Virus record (IMG/VR): IMGVR_UViG_3300020036_002522
From: a virus
Direction: 5' to 3' (one strand)
DNA: 64,000 nucleotides
Shown here: one piece after another, positions 36,390-44,841 of the stretch
Layout: each line of letters opens with the position of its first letter
How positions within the stretch are numbered: the first letter of the stretch is position 1
Notes under the pieces: model-generated
What the model saw: only the letters and a program-made list of their open reading frames with translations
What the model was told of the DNA's origin: nothing
The model's database searches: none
Program-made: the position numbers and the translations under genes

Positions 36390-37657
36390 TATGTCTCCTG
36401 CTTCGCGGCTACCAAGTCCCATTTGGAATCGGTAGCGTTCCAGATAAGCCCGAGATACAGCGTCTTGCTCAACACCGTTGTCGTCGGCAGCGAGGTACCC
36501 ATGGCGCGGAACTGTGAACCGTACGTCAGCGCGCGGGCGGTGCCGTTGTCCTTGATGCGTATGAGCAGTGGTTGACCCTGCGTAGGCGTACCTGAGGGGT
36601 TGTTGAACAAAAGCGCCCCGGCTTGCGCGGTGACTATGAACATGTCCAGCGTGTCGCAGTCAAGGCTCGTGCCGGTATCCGTCGTGTAACTTGCCGCCGC
36701 TAGGGTGCGTGGTGTGACTCGTTTGTTTGTCAGCGTCTGTGTGCCGTCGAGCGTGGCCATTGTGGCGGTGGCGGCAGGGAACGTTAGCGTGTAATTCGAA
36801 GCCCCGGCGTTGGCGCTGGCAAAAGTGGTAACCCCTGTGCTGGAGCCGGTCAGAATGATGCCTGACGCGGGGAATGTCTGCGCTGCGCTCCATGTGTTTG
36901 CACCGAGTAGCGCGACCGTGCCGGTGGCTGCGGGGAACGTGATCGTGTAATTTGACGCCCCTGCGTTGGCGCTGGCGAAGGTGGTGACCCCCGTGCTGGA
37001 GCCGAGCAGCTTCAATAGGCTATTCGTGAATGTGTTGGAGCCTGTCCAGACGTTGGTGGCACTCAACAAGCTCAGCGGGGCGGAGGTCCATGTTGTGCCG
37101 TTCGACGTCAGCACATTCCCGCTGGTGCTCGGGGCAACCGCCTGCGGCGCCGACGTACCATTTCCCAGTAACACGTTGTTGAGTGTCAGCGTGGAGGCCC
37201 CGGTGCCGCCAGAAGCTACAGGAAGTGCAGTGCCAAGCGTCAGCGCCGAGAGGTACGTTTCAGCCGAGACCACATCCGTCCCGTCGCAGTACAGCACCGC
37301 GCGGGAGCCGTTGGGCACCGAGATACCTGTGCCGGCCGAAGTCTTGACCGTCTGGGCGTAGCCCCCGGTTGAATTGTTGTAGACGATGTACAGCTTCGAC
37401 AGTGCCGGCACAATGATGCTGCGCGCTGCACCGGGCGTACCTCCGATGGTCAGAAACATGCACCGCGCTTCGTCGGTGGCGCCGTTGGCGGTCGAGAGGG
37501 TGTAATCCGCGGTGGTCATGGACAGACTGGCGAGCCCGGTGATCGCTGTGTCCACCAGCGTAGTGATGCTGTTGTTTACCGTGTCACCCCATGTGCCAGA
37601 TTCGGCCCCGGTAGTGGGCAGTGCCAGTCGCAGGTTGCTTGTAAATACCGTGGCCAT
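36389..37657 (-). CDS. tail fibre protein with 52-aa tandem repeat
   Basis: N-terminus MATVFTSNLRLALPTTGAESGTWGDTVNNSITTLVDTAITG. Repeat GSSTGVTTFASANAGASNYT(I/L)TFPAAT present twice. Confidence 0.8.
   Translation of the reverse strand: MATVFTSNLRLALPTTGAESGTWGDTVNNSITTLVDTAITGLASLSMTTADYTLSTANGATDEARCMFLTIGGTPGAARSIIVPALSKLYIVYNNSTGGYAQTVKTSAGTGISVPNGSRAVLYCDGTDVVSAETYLSALTLGTALPVASGGTGASTLTLNNVLLGNGTSAPQAVAPSTSGNVLTSNGTTWTSAPLSLLSATNVWTGSNTFTNSLLKLLGSSTGVTTFASANAGASNYTITFPAATGTVALLGANTWSAAQTFPASGIILTGSSTGVTTFASANAGASNYTLTFPAATATMATLDGTQTLTNKRVTPRTLAAASYTTDTGTSLDCDTLDMFIVTAQAGALLFNNPSGTPTQGQPLLIRIKDNGTARALTYGSQFRAMGTSLPTTTVLSKTLYLGLIWNATDSKWDLVAAKQET
36771..37004 (-). repeat. 156-bp-period direct repeat inside the fibre gene (2 copies, about 85 percent identical)
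   Basis: gggaacgt...gctggagcc at 36777 and again at 36933; the offset of 156 nt equals 52 codons. Confidence 0.7.
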
Positions 37658-37673
37658 AAGGGCTCCTTAATGT

Positions 37674-37781
37674 TCAAATTATAGTTGTCCACCCCGGCGT
37701 TTGGGTAGTATCTATCGGCCCCCACACGAGTACGCTTCCAACAGCACCCGTAGCAGCCACTCCTGTAACGGCGACGCTCAT
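37674..37781 (-). CDS. possible 35-aa ORF (below ORF-track cutoff)
   Basis: ATG is 1 nt after the upstream stop: MSVAVTGVAATGAVGSVLVWGPIDTTQTPGWTTII. Fills an otherwise non-coding 125-bp gap. Weak. Confidence 0.25.
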   Translation of the reverse strand: MSVAVTGVAATGAVGSVLVWGPIDTTQTPGWTTII

Positions 37782-37782
37782 T

Positions 37783-38202
37783 TCAGGCCACCCGGATCAC
37801 GGCAGTTGCCGCAGCAGCGGCAGGGAATACGACAACGAAATCAGTAGCGGTAGCGGTCTTGTCCGCGCCGAAGTCCAGTACGGCAATAGCCCGGTTTGCT
37901 TTGGTCGAGTTGTAAATCAGCGCCCCGCGTGCCGTAAAACTGGCCCCGGCCCATGTAGCATCGGTGAAGTCACAGATGCCGGTCGTACCGTCAAGCGAGA
38001 TGGTAGCCCCCGCGAGCGTGGCGCCCCCGGCCGAATACCCCGTCCCCGAGACCTCGTTGGTAGCGGAGTATGCAGTCGTTGCCGCACTGAGCGTAGCGCT
38101 GCTGGTGTACAGGGCGATCTTGATGACGTCGGTGTCGAGGGCATGGATGCCGCCGAGCAGCTCACTTTTGAAGCTGGAACAAAGCGCTTGGGATATAGCC
38201 AT
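37783..38202 (-). CDS. virion/tail-associated hypothetical protein (139 aa)
   Basis: ORF track; AGGAGAACCCC-ATG. Confidence 0.6.
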   Translation of the reverse strand: MAISQALCSSFKSELLGGIHALDTDVIKIALYTSSATLSAATTAYSATNEVSGTGYSAGGATLAGATISLDGTTGICDFTDATWAGASFTARGALIYNSTKANRAIAVLDFGADKTATATDFVVVFPAAAAATAVIRVA

Positions 38203-38216
38203 GGGGTTCTCCTAAA

Positions 38217-38870
38217 TTACTGCACGGGTATCCGCGCCTGCCCATTACGGTAATTGTCTTGGCGTTCTTGGCCATCACAGAGCCGTTTGAGCTGTGCCAG
38301 CGCTTCCATGTACTTCTTCTCGTACAGCGCCAGCAGGTCTGCTTCGCCTTTCAGGAAGGTGTACGCCTCGACGATCGTTCCGTAGAGCAGCACCGGGTCA
38401 TAGTTGTCCCCGAGCCATGTCGTGCTGGCCGTAACAATCGACTCAGGGTAGTAGAAGTAGTGCAGCTCCGTGCTGTACGCAGCGTCGGGTGTTGGACCCA
38501 AGATGAAGGTCAGCTCTGTCGGTGCGTCAGAACGGCTGCCGAACAGGGCGTAGTATTTTGGAGTACCGGTGGCCGTTGGGATGGGGTACGCTTCGCGGAT
38601 GAAGCTGACATCCTTGTTGAGCAGGTACGTGTAGGCACCTGTTGTCGGGGAAATGACTGCTATCGAAGCTGTGGCAAGGTAGTCCGTGGGGCATGTCAGG
38701 TAGGTGTTGCCAGAGGTTGTCGTTCCGGTGACGTTCTTGCGCAGCGCCGGGATGCTGCTCATGTTGTAGATTCTTGTCTCTGCTTGACGCACGAACGTGT
38801 TCATGTCCACCGTCTCGAAGGTTTCTTCTAAAAAATCAGAAACTGCTATTACGAGTTCAGAGTAATTCAT
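38217..38870 (-). CDS. structural hypothetical protein (217 aa)
   Basis: ORF 38217-38963 trimmed to ATG 38870 (ATGA overlap). Confidence 0.6.
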   Translation of the reverse strand: MNYSELVIAVSDFLEETFETVDMNTFVRQAETRIYNMSSIPALRKNVTGTTTSGNTYLTCPTDYLATASIAVISPTTGAYTYLLNKDVSFIREAYPIPTATGTPKYYALFGSRSDAPTELTFILGPTPDAAYSTELHYFYYPESIVTASTTWLGDNYDPVLLYGTIVEAYTFLKGEADLLALYEKKYMEALAQLKRLCDGQERQDNYRNGQARIPVQ

Positions 38871-39205
38871 GTCGTTGTAACCGTAACGGTCCCCACGTAG
38901 CCTGTTGCCAGTAGTGTATCCGGCGTAAGTGGGTTCGTCACCCCTACCGGATTCCATCCCCAAGCGATGTCGCGACTCTCTTCAGGGTAGTCGGGCCGGG
39001 GGTTGCGCAAGGCCTGCGGATCATAGACCGGGAAGGTACCAAGCATCAGCTGCGGCTGATCGGGCGTCCAGCACTGCCGGCACAACAACATGCCCGTGAC
39101 TTTTGTCTTTACCACCTCTTGCTTCAGTCGTGCGAGCGGATAACGGAAACTGCACATATCGCAGTAGCCGTATGCGTACTTGCCTGAAGCGTATGGTGCG
39201 CTCAT
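38867..39205 (-). CDS. structural hypothetical protein with CxxC...CxxC zinc-ribbon (112 aa)
   Basis: ORF trimmed to ATG 39205 (ATGA overlap); YCDMCSF...LCRQCW. Confidence 0.55.
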   Translation of the reverse strand: MSAPYASGKYAYGYCDMCSFRYPLARLKQEVVKTKVTGMLLCRQCWTPDQPQLMLGTFPVYDPQALRNPRPDYPEESRDIAWGWNPVGVTNPLTPDTLLATGYVGTVTVTTT

Positions 39206-39882
39206 ATACGTCCTGTGCGCGGAACCAATCTGAGCGTTGCCTTTTCCCGGTCCTCCGAAATTGCGGCATCCCACGCGGCATCGTACTGTTGCTGTAGTAC
39301 AGGCAGGCGATCTATACCGCCGGGTATCTTCAAGGCCAAGTAGTATGCCAACCCCGCAACCAAAGCAGGTAGAAAGCGGTACGGAACATCTTGTGTCGTC
39401 GCCCCCGCATCCTGAATGCGCCGTAAGCGCCAGTACACCAGCGTGTAGGTTGACGCAGCGTCAGGAACTGGCCACACCGTAATCTGTGGCGCTATGAGCC
39501 GTTGAATCCATAACTGCAACGGGCGTCCCGTGGATAGTTTGTTTGGTATCGCAGCATATGTCGACGCGCTGATGCGCTGCATGGACAGGTCGGCTTGTGT
39601 CGATACGCTTCCGGCACCGGTGCGGATTACATATTCCATGAGATCAACAGTGTCCGCTGGCAATACGTACGTCGCGGTACCCGCAACCATCGCGATGGTT
39701 CCTGAGTCAATGGTCCATAAATTCAGCCCTTGGTTTGCCCACGCGGCAAATAATAGGTTCAGCGATATGCGGGTGGTACGTAGGTCATATCCTGAACGAA
39801 TTTCTGCGCCGCAGCGAGCCCACGCTTCATCCGCCAGTTCCGTAAAGTCTAGGTCAAACGTGGTGGTGCCCGAGGTAGCCAT
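39202..39882 (-). CDS. structural hypothetical protein (226 aa; adaptor/tail?)
   Basis: ORF track; TAA-ATG abutting the upstream gene. Confidence 0.6.
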   Translation of the reverse strand: MATSGTTTFDLDFTELADEAWARCGAEIRSGYDLRTTRISLNLLFAAWANQGLNLWTIDSGTIAMVAGTATYVLPADTVDLMEYVIRTGAGSVSTQADLSMQRISASTYAAIPNKLSTGRPLQLWIQRLIAPQITVWPVPDAASTYTLVYWRLRRIQDAGATTQDVPYRFLPALVAGLAYYLALKIPGGIDRLPVLQQQYDAAWDAAISEDREKATLRLVPRTGRI

Positions 39883-40101
39883 TTAGCACCCGCCTTTGAA
39901 ACCCTTGCCGCGTACTGCCGCACCGGTACCGCGCACCGCGCCGCCGGCGGCGAACGGCTTGCCCTTCTTAGCGTCTTCGGACTTCTCGCCACGCGCGTAC
40001 TGCGCCGGTGAAATCTTGCCGGATTTGATGGCGCGGGCTTCCTTCATTTCTTCCTTGAAGTTGTCCTTGCCTTTGAACAGGCTACTCATTTTGGTTGCCA
40101 T
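39883..40101 (-). CDS. small basic Gly-rich protein (72 aa)
   Basis: ORF track; ...KGKPFAAGGAVRGTGAAVRGKGFKGGC. Confidence 0.5.
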   Translation of the reverse strand: MATKMSSLFKGKDNFKEEMKEARAIKSGKISPAQYARGEKSEDAKKGKPFAAGGAVRGTGAAVRGKGFKGGC

Positions 40102-40103
40102 GA

Positions 40104-40364
40104 TTAAATGTACCTTCCACGGGTTTTACCCTTTGCTTCCACACCGCCGCCTTTGGCGTATTTCTTGACCTTGCCTCCGCAAGCCATGCCTCCCGTACGC
40201 TCGGGAAGCTGCGCTGGTGGGGCGCTCTGGCGCCCTTGCAGCATCTGTTGAATCCGGGCCCGCTGCACTGCACCGACGGTGCGCGTATCCGCTTCCGGCT
40301 CCGCTGCGCGCGTCTTGGCAGCCAGTGCTGCCAGTACCCGGGGGTCAATCTGCTTACGTGCCAT
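40104..40364 (-). CDS. small basic Gly-rich protein (86 aa)
   Basis: ORF track; ...GGKVKKYAKGGGVEAKGKTRG. Confidence 0.5.
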   Translation of the reverse strand: MARKQIDPRVLAALAAKTRAAEPEADTRTVGAVQRARIQQMLQGRQSAPPAQLPERTGGMACGGKVKKYAKGGGVEAKGKTRGRYI

Positions 40365-40367
40365 ACG

Positions 40368-40739
40368 TTACTCCAAAAGGGGGGTTTCCGCCACCGGCGC
40401 AGGTATCACCGAAGCGCAAAAGCTCTCGCACTCAGCAAGCGTTGGCGGAGTCTCGTCGGGCCAGCGTGCGGCGTAGTCTTGCGCGACAACAGCATGCAGC
40501 ATTGCCGGGTTTGCGATCAGGATTGGGACTTGATCGTGAAATTCCTGCTGACACGGCGTGCTGACAAAGATCGTGTCACCGTAAATAGGCTCGGGCATTT
40601 CGCCTTCGGTGTAGCCGATGATCGTTCGGTTCCAGCTTGCAGCGCCGCCGCTATCAGGATCAAGCGCGGCACCGATCTTCGCGGCAATTTCTGCTTGGCT
40701 TGCCGGGACTTCGATACGTACTGCGTAGTTGTAGCTCAT
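40368..40739 (-). CDS. hypothetical protein (123 aa)
   Basis: ORF track. Confidence 0.55.
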   Translation of the reverse strand: MSYNYAVRIEVPASQAEIAAKIGAALDPDSGGAASWNRTIIGYTEGEMPEPIYGDTIFVSTPCQQEFHDQVPILIANPAMLHAVVAQDYAARWPDETPPTLAECESFCASVIPAPVAETPLLE

Positions 40740-40740
40740 A

Positions 40741-41037
40741 TCAATGCACCCATCCGAAACAGTGTTTTGTCTCCTCCGCGACGATCCAATCCGGACTATC
40801 TTCTGGCATCCTGATAGTGCATTGCGTGAAGTCTGCGTTGTTGGTCGCGCAGGCGTTGATGCGGCCGGGAGCGTTGCCGCAAGACTTTGGAGTCTCTTTG
40901 ATCCAAGTGATCGTTATGGTGTCTACGTTCTGCTTGCGGGTCATTGGCAGCTTGTCACAACCAGTTATCCCGGTCACGAGAATCAGCACGGCCAGTATCA
41001 GGTAAACAGTGGCGGCGAATTTGATGTATTGAGTCAT
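40741..41037 (-). CDS. lipoprotein (98 aa)
   Basis: Signal peptide plus lipobox: MTQYIKFAATVYLILAVLILVTGITGC. Four further Cys in the mature part. Confidence 0.65.
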   Translation of the reverse strand: MTQYIKFAATVYLILAVLILVTGITGCDKLPMTRKQNVDTITITWIKETPKSCGNAPGRINACATNNADFTQCTIRMPEDSPDWIVAEETKHCFGWVH

Positions 41038-41039
41038 GA

Positions 41040-42737
41040 TCAGAACGTAGCCATTCCGGGGAACTGTGAACCGACGAGTCTTTCAACTGTGAGGCAATCA
41101 GCGTCGCTCAGTGCTACCGGGAGTGCGACTACCCAACCGAATGCGCCGTTGGTTGGAAAAGATGTGCCGTCAAACGCAGTGCCGATTCGTGCGCCGGTTG
41201 TTGCTGCGAATACCTGTGCTGTGGCGGCAGTTGCGACTTGCGTTCCTAGCTTGCGAATCACTGCTGTGCCCGCAGAAAGCCTGCATGTAAGTACAAAAGG
41301 AACACCCGCGACTATCATCCACGCAGCCGTTGTTACAAGAATGACAACGGATTTTTTCGTGAACGAAACTTCACCGTTTGACGCCATGGAGATTTGGACG
41401 CCATTAGCATCCTCTCCAAATAGCACGGTGTTGGCAGGCAATGTATTAACCCTCCCCGCGATCACAATCGTGCAAGCATTCGTGATCCCGAGATTGCCGG
41501 ATAGCAAGCTGTCATTGCTACCGTCGAATGACCACCAGTATTTACCTGCGCTTGGGTTGCTGGCTGCTGTTGTGGTTGTGCTGGTTATCCCACCCTCGGC
41601 AACGATCTGAGCCGCAGTCCATGCCCCATCGAATAGCCCACCACCCCAAGCATAAAAATAGAGTCCGTTTGTAATCGTTCCGCCTGCTCCGAAGTACAGC
41701 CCAAGCGAGTTACCAATCGTTATCCCGGAAGTGCATGTAATTCGGCAAATCTTCCAGCCGTTGCTTCTGTAATCAGTAAATTCATACGTCCCGTACGCAC
41801 TCGAACCCGAACTGTTTGCTCCCGCGTAGGAAACATCGACAAGAATTGTGGCCGTCGTTGCGTTGCGGAAAACAAATCTAGGAGTTGTGTAGGTGCCGTC
41901 TTTGAAGACAAACACAAAGGTTTGCGTCGTGCTCGTTGCAACTTTGTCAGTACGTAACAAAGGGGCTCCAACCGCAGTGGCGGTAAGTTTTCTGCCGCTT
42001 GAATCTCCAGTTGGAGACAATATATCGCTCGCTGCATTTGTCCAGTTTGTTGCAGGCCAAGCATCATTGCTTACATCAAGCGAGTAGGTGAGCAAATTCA
42101 GCATCCCCCTTCTCACAAGCGGTTTGTTTGCTGTCGTGGGTTGGGTTAGGTGGGTGCCTGTGTAGGGCTTACATGAAAACGAAGTGATCGTAGTGAAGCC
42201 TGCGGTTGTGTTCATCAAATAGATATTTGCAACGTCCGTCCAAGCACAAGTGAGCGTTAGGGTGAATGCTCCAGTAGATGCAGCAGTTGAATTTGTCAAC
42301 GTGCTGGGGTTTCTGAGATATATCTGCGTCGCTGTCGTAGTACCCGTGACCGTAATCGTGTAAGTGACCCCGAGAGATATAAGACCGTTCACCGTTAAAA
42401 CGCCGCCGGCAGAGGTTGTCGTGAACGTGTTTGTGGTTCTGGCAGAAACACCACCGGCAGTACCGTAAGTTGTGAAGTCATAAGTACCAACCAGCTCACT
42501 CCCCAGACTCCCCATCCCATCCAGATCAAGCCCAACAACACCATCAACCGTGCTGTAGCCTGTGCTGCCGTCACTGAGCAGGTAGTTATTGCTGGGCAGC
42601 GATGCGACTGATACGCCGTTTGCGCCGGGGAGCCAGACGTGGGCGGAGGTGCCAAGGGAGCGCAGGAGGGCGATGGCTCGCTGTGCTAGAGACAAGCCGC
42701 GGGTTGCCACAATACTGAAACCAAAGCCGAACGACAT
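41040..42737 (-). CDS. tail fibre / receptor-binding candidate with LamG (concanavalin-like) type region
   Basis: ORF 41040-42785 trimmed to ATG 42737, just after the upstream stop. Thr/Ser/Gly-rich beta protein; C-terminal KYWWSFDGSNDSL...CTIVIAGRVNTLPANTVLFGE...FVLTCRL looks jelly-roll/LamG-like. Confidence 0.6.
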   Translation of the reverse strand: MSFGFGFSIVATRGLSLAQRAIALLRSLGTSAHVWLPGANGVSVASLPSNNYLLSDGSTGYSTVDGVVGLDLDGMGSLGSELVGTYDFTTYGTAGGVSARTTNTFTTTSAGGVLTVNGLISLGVTYTITVTGTTTATQIYLRNPSTLTNSTAASTGAFTLTLTCAWTDVANIYLMNTTAGFTTITSFSCKPYTGTHLTQPTTANKPLVRRGMLNLLTYSLDVSNDAWPATNWTNAASDILSPTGDSSGRKLTATAVGAPLLRTDKVATSTTQTFVFVFKDGTYTTPRFVFRNATTATILVDVSYAGANSSGSSAYGTYEFTDYRSNGWKICRITCTSGITIGNSLGLYFGAGGTITNGLYFYAWGGGLFDGAWTAAQIVAEGGITSTTTTAASNPSAGKYWWSFDGSNDSLLSGNLGITNACTIVIAGRVNTLPANTVLFGEDANGVQISMASNGEVSFTKKSVVILVTTAAWMIVAGVPFVLTCRLSAGTAVIRKLGTQVATAATAQVFAATTGARIGTAFDGTSFPTNGAFGWVVALPVALSDADCLTVERLVGSQFPGMATF

Positions 42738-42739
42738 AA

Positions 42740-42997
42740 TTAGTAAATCCGTAGCATGTACGTGGCCGTAGTGCCCGTACTCCACACACGGATTACTTGC
42801 ACGGGTAGCACGCCACCCGAAATAACGCCGACAAAGGTTACTGTATCCCCCTGCGCCGTTGTCACTTTGACGTCTCCGGAACCCCCGACATAAACCACGG
42901 AAGGGGTAGTCAGGTCTGCGGAGTCACTCGGCGTGATAGCCGTCGCACCCCCCGGGAACATGGGGAATGTCGGGCTGTAGTTCGTTTGGCGTCCCAT
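42740..42997 (-). CDS. hypothetical structural protein (85 aa)
   Basis: ORF track; AAGGAGTTCCC-ATG. Confidence 0.55.
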   Translation of the reverse strand: MGRQTNYSPTFPMFPGGATAITPSDSADLTTPSVVYVGGSGDVKVTTAQGDTVTFVGVISGGVLPVQVIRVWSTGTTATYMLRIY

Positions 42998-43006
42998 GGG
43001 AACTCC

Positions 43007-43486
43007 TTACGCGGTGCGTGTGAACGTATAGGCAGTAGCGCTGGAGAACATCAGCGTGAAGCGCCCCTGCCCTGTAACGCCGGAGGCAATGGTGAGGTCA
43101 CCGAAGCTGGTTTCCGCTGAGTCATCGGCGCCTGTAGACAGGATACCGTTGGTTGCCACTGCGATCGTCACCGTGTTGGCCCCAGCCGTGTTGTCGATGT
43201 ACAGATCAAAGGTTGTACCCTGCACCGCGCCCAGCTCAGTCCCCAACAGCGTGCCTGTGGGCAGCGTGATGGTCGTTGCGGCAGCCGACGTGGAGGTGAT
43301 GTAGCCCGTCGCGACTTCTGCGGCCGTAGCGGTCGCTGTGGCATTGATGGCGGCGGTCAGACGCGTGATGGCGCCTTTTGTGCTGGTACTGTAGGGGACG
43401 GTGATGGCGCCGGTGGTGGCGTTCTTCACGATATTCTGGAAGCCGTTTTCCGAGCGTACTGGGCCGTTGAAGGTGGAGGAACCCAT
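43007..43486 (-). CDS. hypothetical structural protein (159 aa)
   Basis: ORF track; AAGGAAAAAATC-ATG. Confidence 0.6.
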   Translation of the reverse strand: MGSSTFNGPVRSENGFQNIVKNATTGAITVPYSTSTKGAITRLTAAINATATATAAEVATGYITSTSAAATTITLPTGTLLGTELGAVQGTTFDLYIDNTAGANTVTIAVATNGILSTGADDSAETSFGDLTIASGVTGQGRFTLMFSSATAYTFTRTA

Positions 43487-43609
43487 GATTTTTTCCTTAC
43501 AAGCAAGTAGGCGTATCTGTCTGCTTGTCGTCAGCCGGACCTGTCAGATACACCGGAAGTTCCGGGGTATCTGAGTTATATCACACCCCCGCTAGGGGTG
43601 CAAGGGATT

Positions 43610-43698
43610 TGGTGGAAGTGATAGGAATCGAACCTATTCACCCTTTACGAGAACGGGGTTACAGCCCGCTGCGCCTCTCCAAACTGCGCCGCACTTCC
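43610..43698 (-). tRNA. tRNA-Tyr (anticodon GTA), class II with long variable arm, CCA encoded
   Basis: Folded by hand from the reverse complement: acceptor GGAAGTG/CACTTCC, D stem GCGC/GCGC, anticodon stem GCGGG/CCCGT with loop CTGTAAC, variable arm TCTCGTAAAGGGTGA, T arm ATAGG-TTCGATT-CCTAT, ACCA. Confidence 0.85.
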
Positions 43699-43716
43699 GT
43701 GCGGATCAATATCGGG

Positions 43717-43794
43717 TGGTCTGTGCGGCTGGATTCGAACCAGCGACCCCGCGCTTCCAAAGCGCGAACTCTGACCAAACTGAGCTACGCACAG
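43717..43794 (-). tRNA. tRNA-Pro (anticodon TGG), CCA encoded
   Basis: Folded by hand: acceptor CTGTGCG/CGCACAG, D arm GCTC-AGTTTGGTCA-GAGT, anticodon stem CGCGC/GCGCG with loop TTTGGAA, T arm GCTGG-TTCGAAT-CCAGC, ACCA. Confidence 0.9.
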
Positions 43795-43845
43795 AGGTCT
43801 TGGGTCGCGGGGAAGATGGAGTTTTCATGGTGAAGGGGGAGTGTA

Positions 43846-44757
43846 CTACACCTTCTTCCGGGCAGCAAGCATTTTCGCCCGCCATACGGGGTCGGCCCAC
43901 TTCGCCTTGATCGCCGCTGCTTTTGCCGCCTTCACCTCCGGGCGATTGGCCAGCTCCTTGTTGTTTGCGGACTGCATGGCGGCATAGCCGGGGTCGGCCC
44001 ACTGTGCCTTGGATTGGGCGCTTGTCTTGGCTTTGGAAGCGTCAGTATTGCGCGCGGCTTTTATGCCTGCGGCCATTTTGTCGCCCACCGCTACCCACCG
44101 CGCCTTGCTGGCAATGGACTTCTTCTCCAGCACTTCGGGGCGCTGCTGTGCGACGCTCTGTGAAGCGCGCACCTTCGCCACATACTCCGGGTCTTGCCAC
44201 ATCTTTTCGGTAGCGGCCTTCATAGTTTCCCTGAAGGCGTCGGTGTGGATGAACGCGGCCTTGCCGGCTTCGCGGCGCGCGATAACTTCTGGGTCTTTCA
44301 GGGCGAGGCGAATGGCTGCGGTTGTTTTCTCCCTGTATTCTGCGTTATTCCAGCGTACGCCGACGGCCATCGCATTACGCTGCTTTTGGGCATCCGTGCT
44401 CAACGCTGCAGATATTCTGGCAGCCCACTCCGGCGTGCGCACGATGCCGCCAAAGCCTTCGCCGCCGTCGGTAAGGTTGAGCAGCGTGCCGGTCTTTAGG
44501 TCGCGGCGTCCGTACAGCGCTATCAAGCGTATTTCCTCGAAGAACGCCTCGGCCTCGTCCATGCCCTCACGGGTTATTTCGATCACTGGCTCCAACCCCT
44601 CGCGCCGCAGCACCGCCAGCAAATTACCGAAGCCCGGGTTGTGCTTAACCTGTTTCTCCCAATGCATCCATGCGCGGCGGCCTTGGCCTTTGCCCGCATA
44701 GACGACCTGCATGTTCTTTGTGGGGCGAGGGTCTTTGTAAACGTATGTGTAAAACAT
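43846..44757 (-). CDS. GIY-YIG homing endonuclease with NUMOD3-like C-terminal repeats
   Basis: MFYTYVYKDPRP...VVYAGKGQGRRAWMH...EAEAFFEEIRLIALYG...LLNLTDGGEG covers the GIY-YIG, R, E and N elements. C-terminus has repeated (D/R)PE(V/Y/W)...A helices. Confidence 0.85.
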   Translation of the reverse strand: MFYTYVYKDPRPTKNMQVVYAGKGQGRRAWMHWEKQVKHNPGFGNLLAVLRREGLEPVIEITREGMDEAEAFFEEIRLIALYGRRDLKTGTLLNLTDGGEGFGGIVRTPEWAARISAALSTDAQKQRNAMAVGVRWNNAEYREKTTAAIRLALKDPEVIARREAGKAAFIHTDAFRETMKAATEKMWQDPEYVAKVRASQSVAQQRPEVLEKKSIASKARWVAVGDKMAAGIKAARNTDASKAKTSAQSKAQWADPGYAAMQSANNKELANRPEVKAAKAAAIKAKWADPVWRAKMLAARKKV

Positions 44758-44782
44758 TTGATACTCCGGTTGTTATGCCTGA

Positions 44783-44810
44783 AGTATACATGATCTACGG
44801 AGATTGTCAA
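44783..44810 (-). promoter_or_regulatory. sigma70-type promoter (TTGACA-16-TATACT) for the HEG
   Basis: Minus strand: TTGACA (44810-44805), 16-bp spacer ending in TG, TATACT (44788-44783). ATG 44757 lies 25 nt downstream, after GGAG. Confidence 0.55.
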
Positions 44811-44841
44811 ATTTATGTAGTTTTACATAAAATACCGACGT

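Larger units (their letters stand above)
43846..44810 (-). mobile_element. free-standing homing-endonuclease cassette (own promoter plus HEG)
   Basis: The HEG is preceded by its own TTGACA-16-TATACT promoter and inserted after the capsid-gene terminator. Confidence 0.5.

Noticed and set aside
43525-44002. ORFs 43525-43833 (+), 43716-43910 (+) and 43706-44002 (-)
   Set aside because: They overlap two well-folding tRNA genes and the end of the HEG. The tRNA cloverleaves explain the region.
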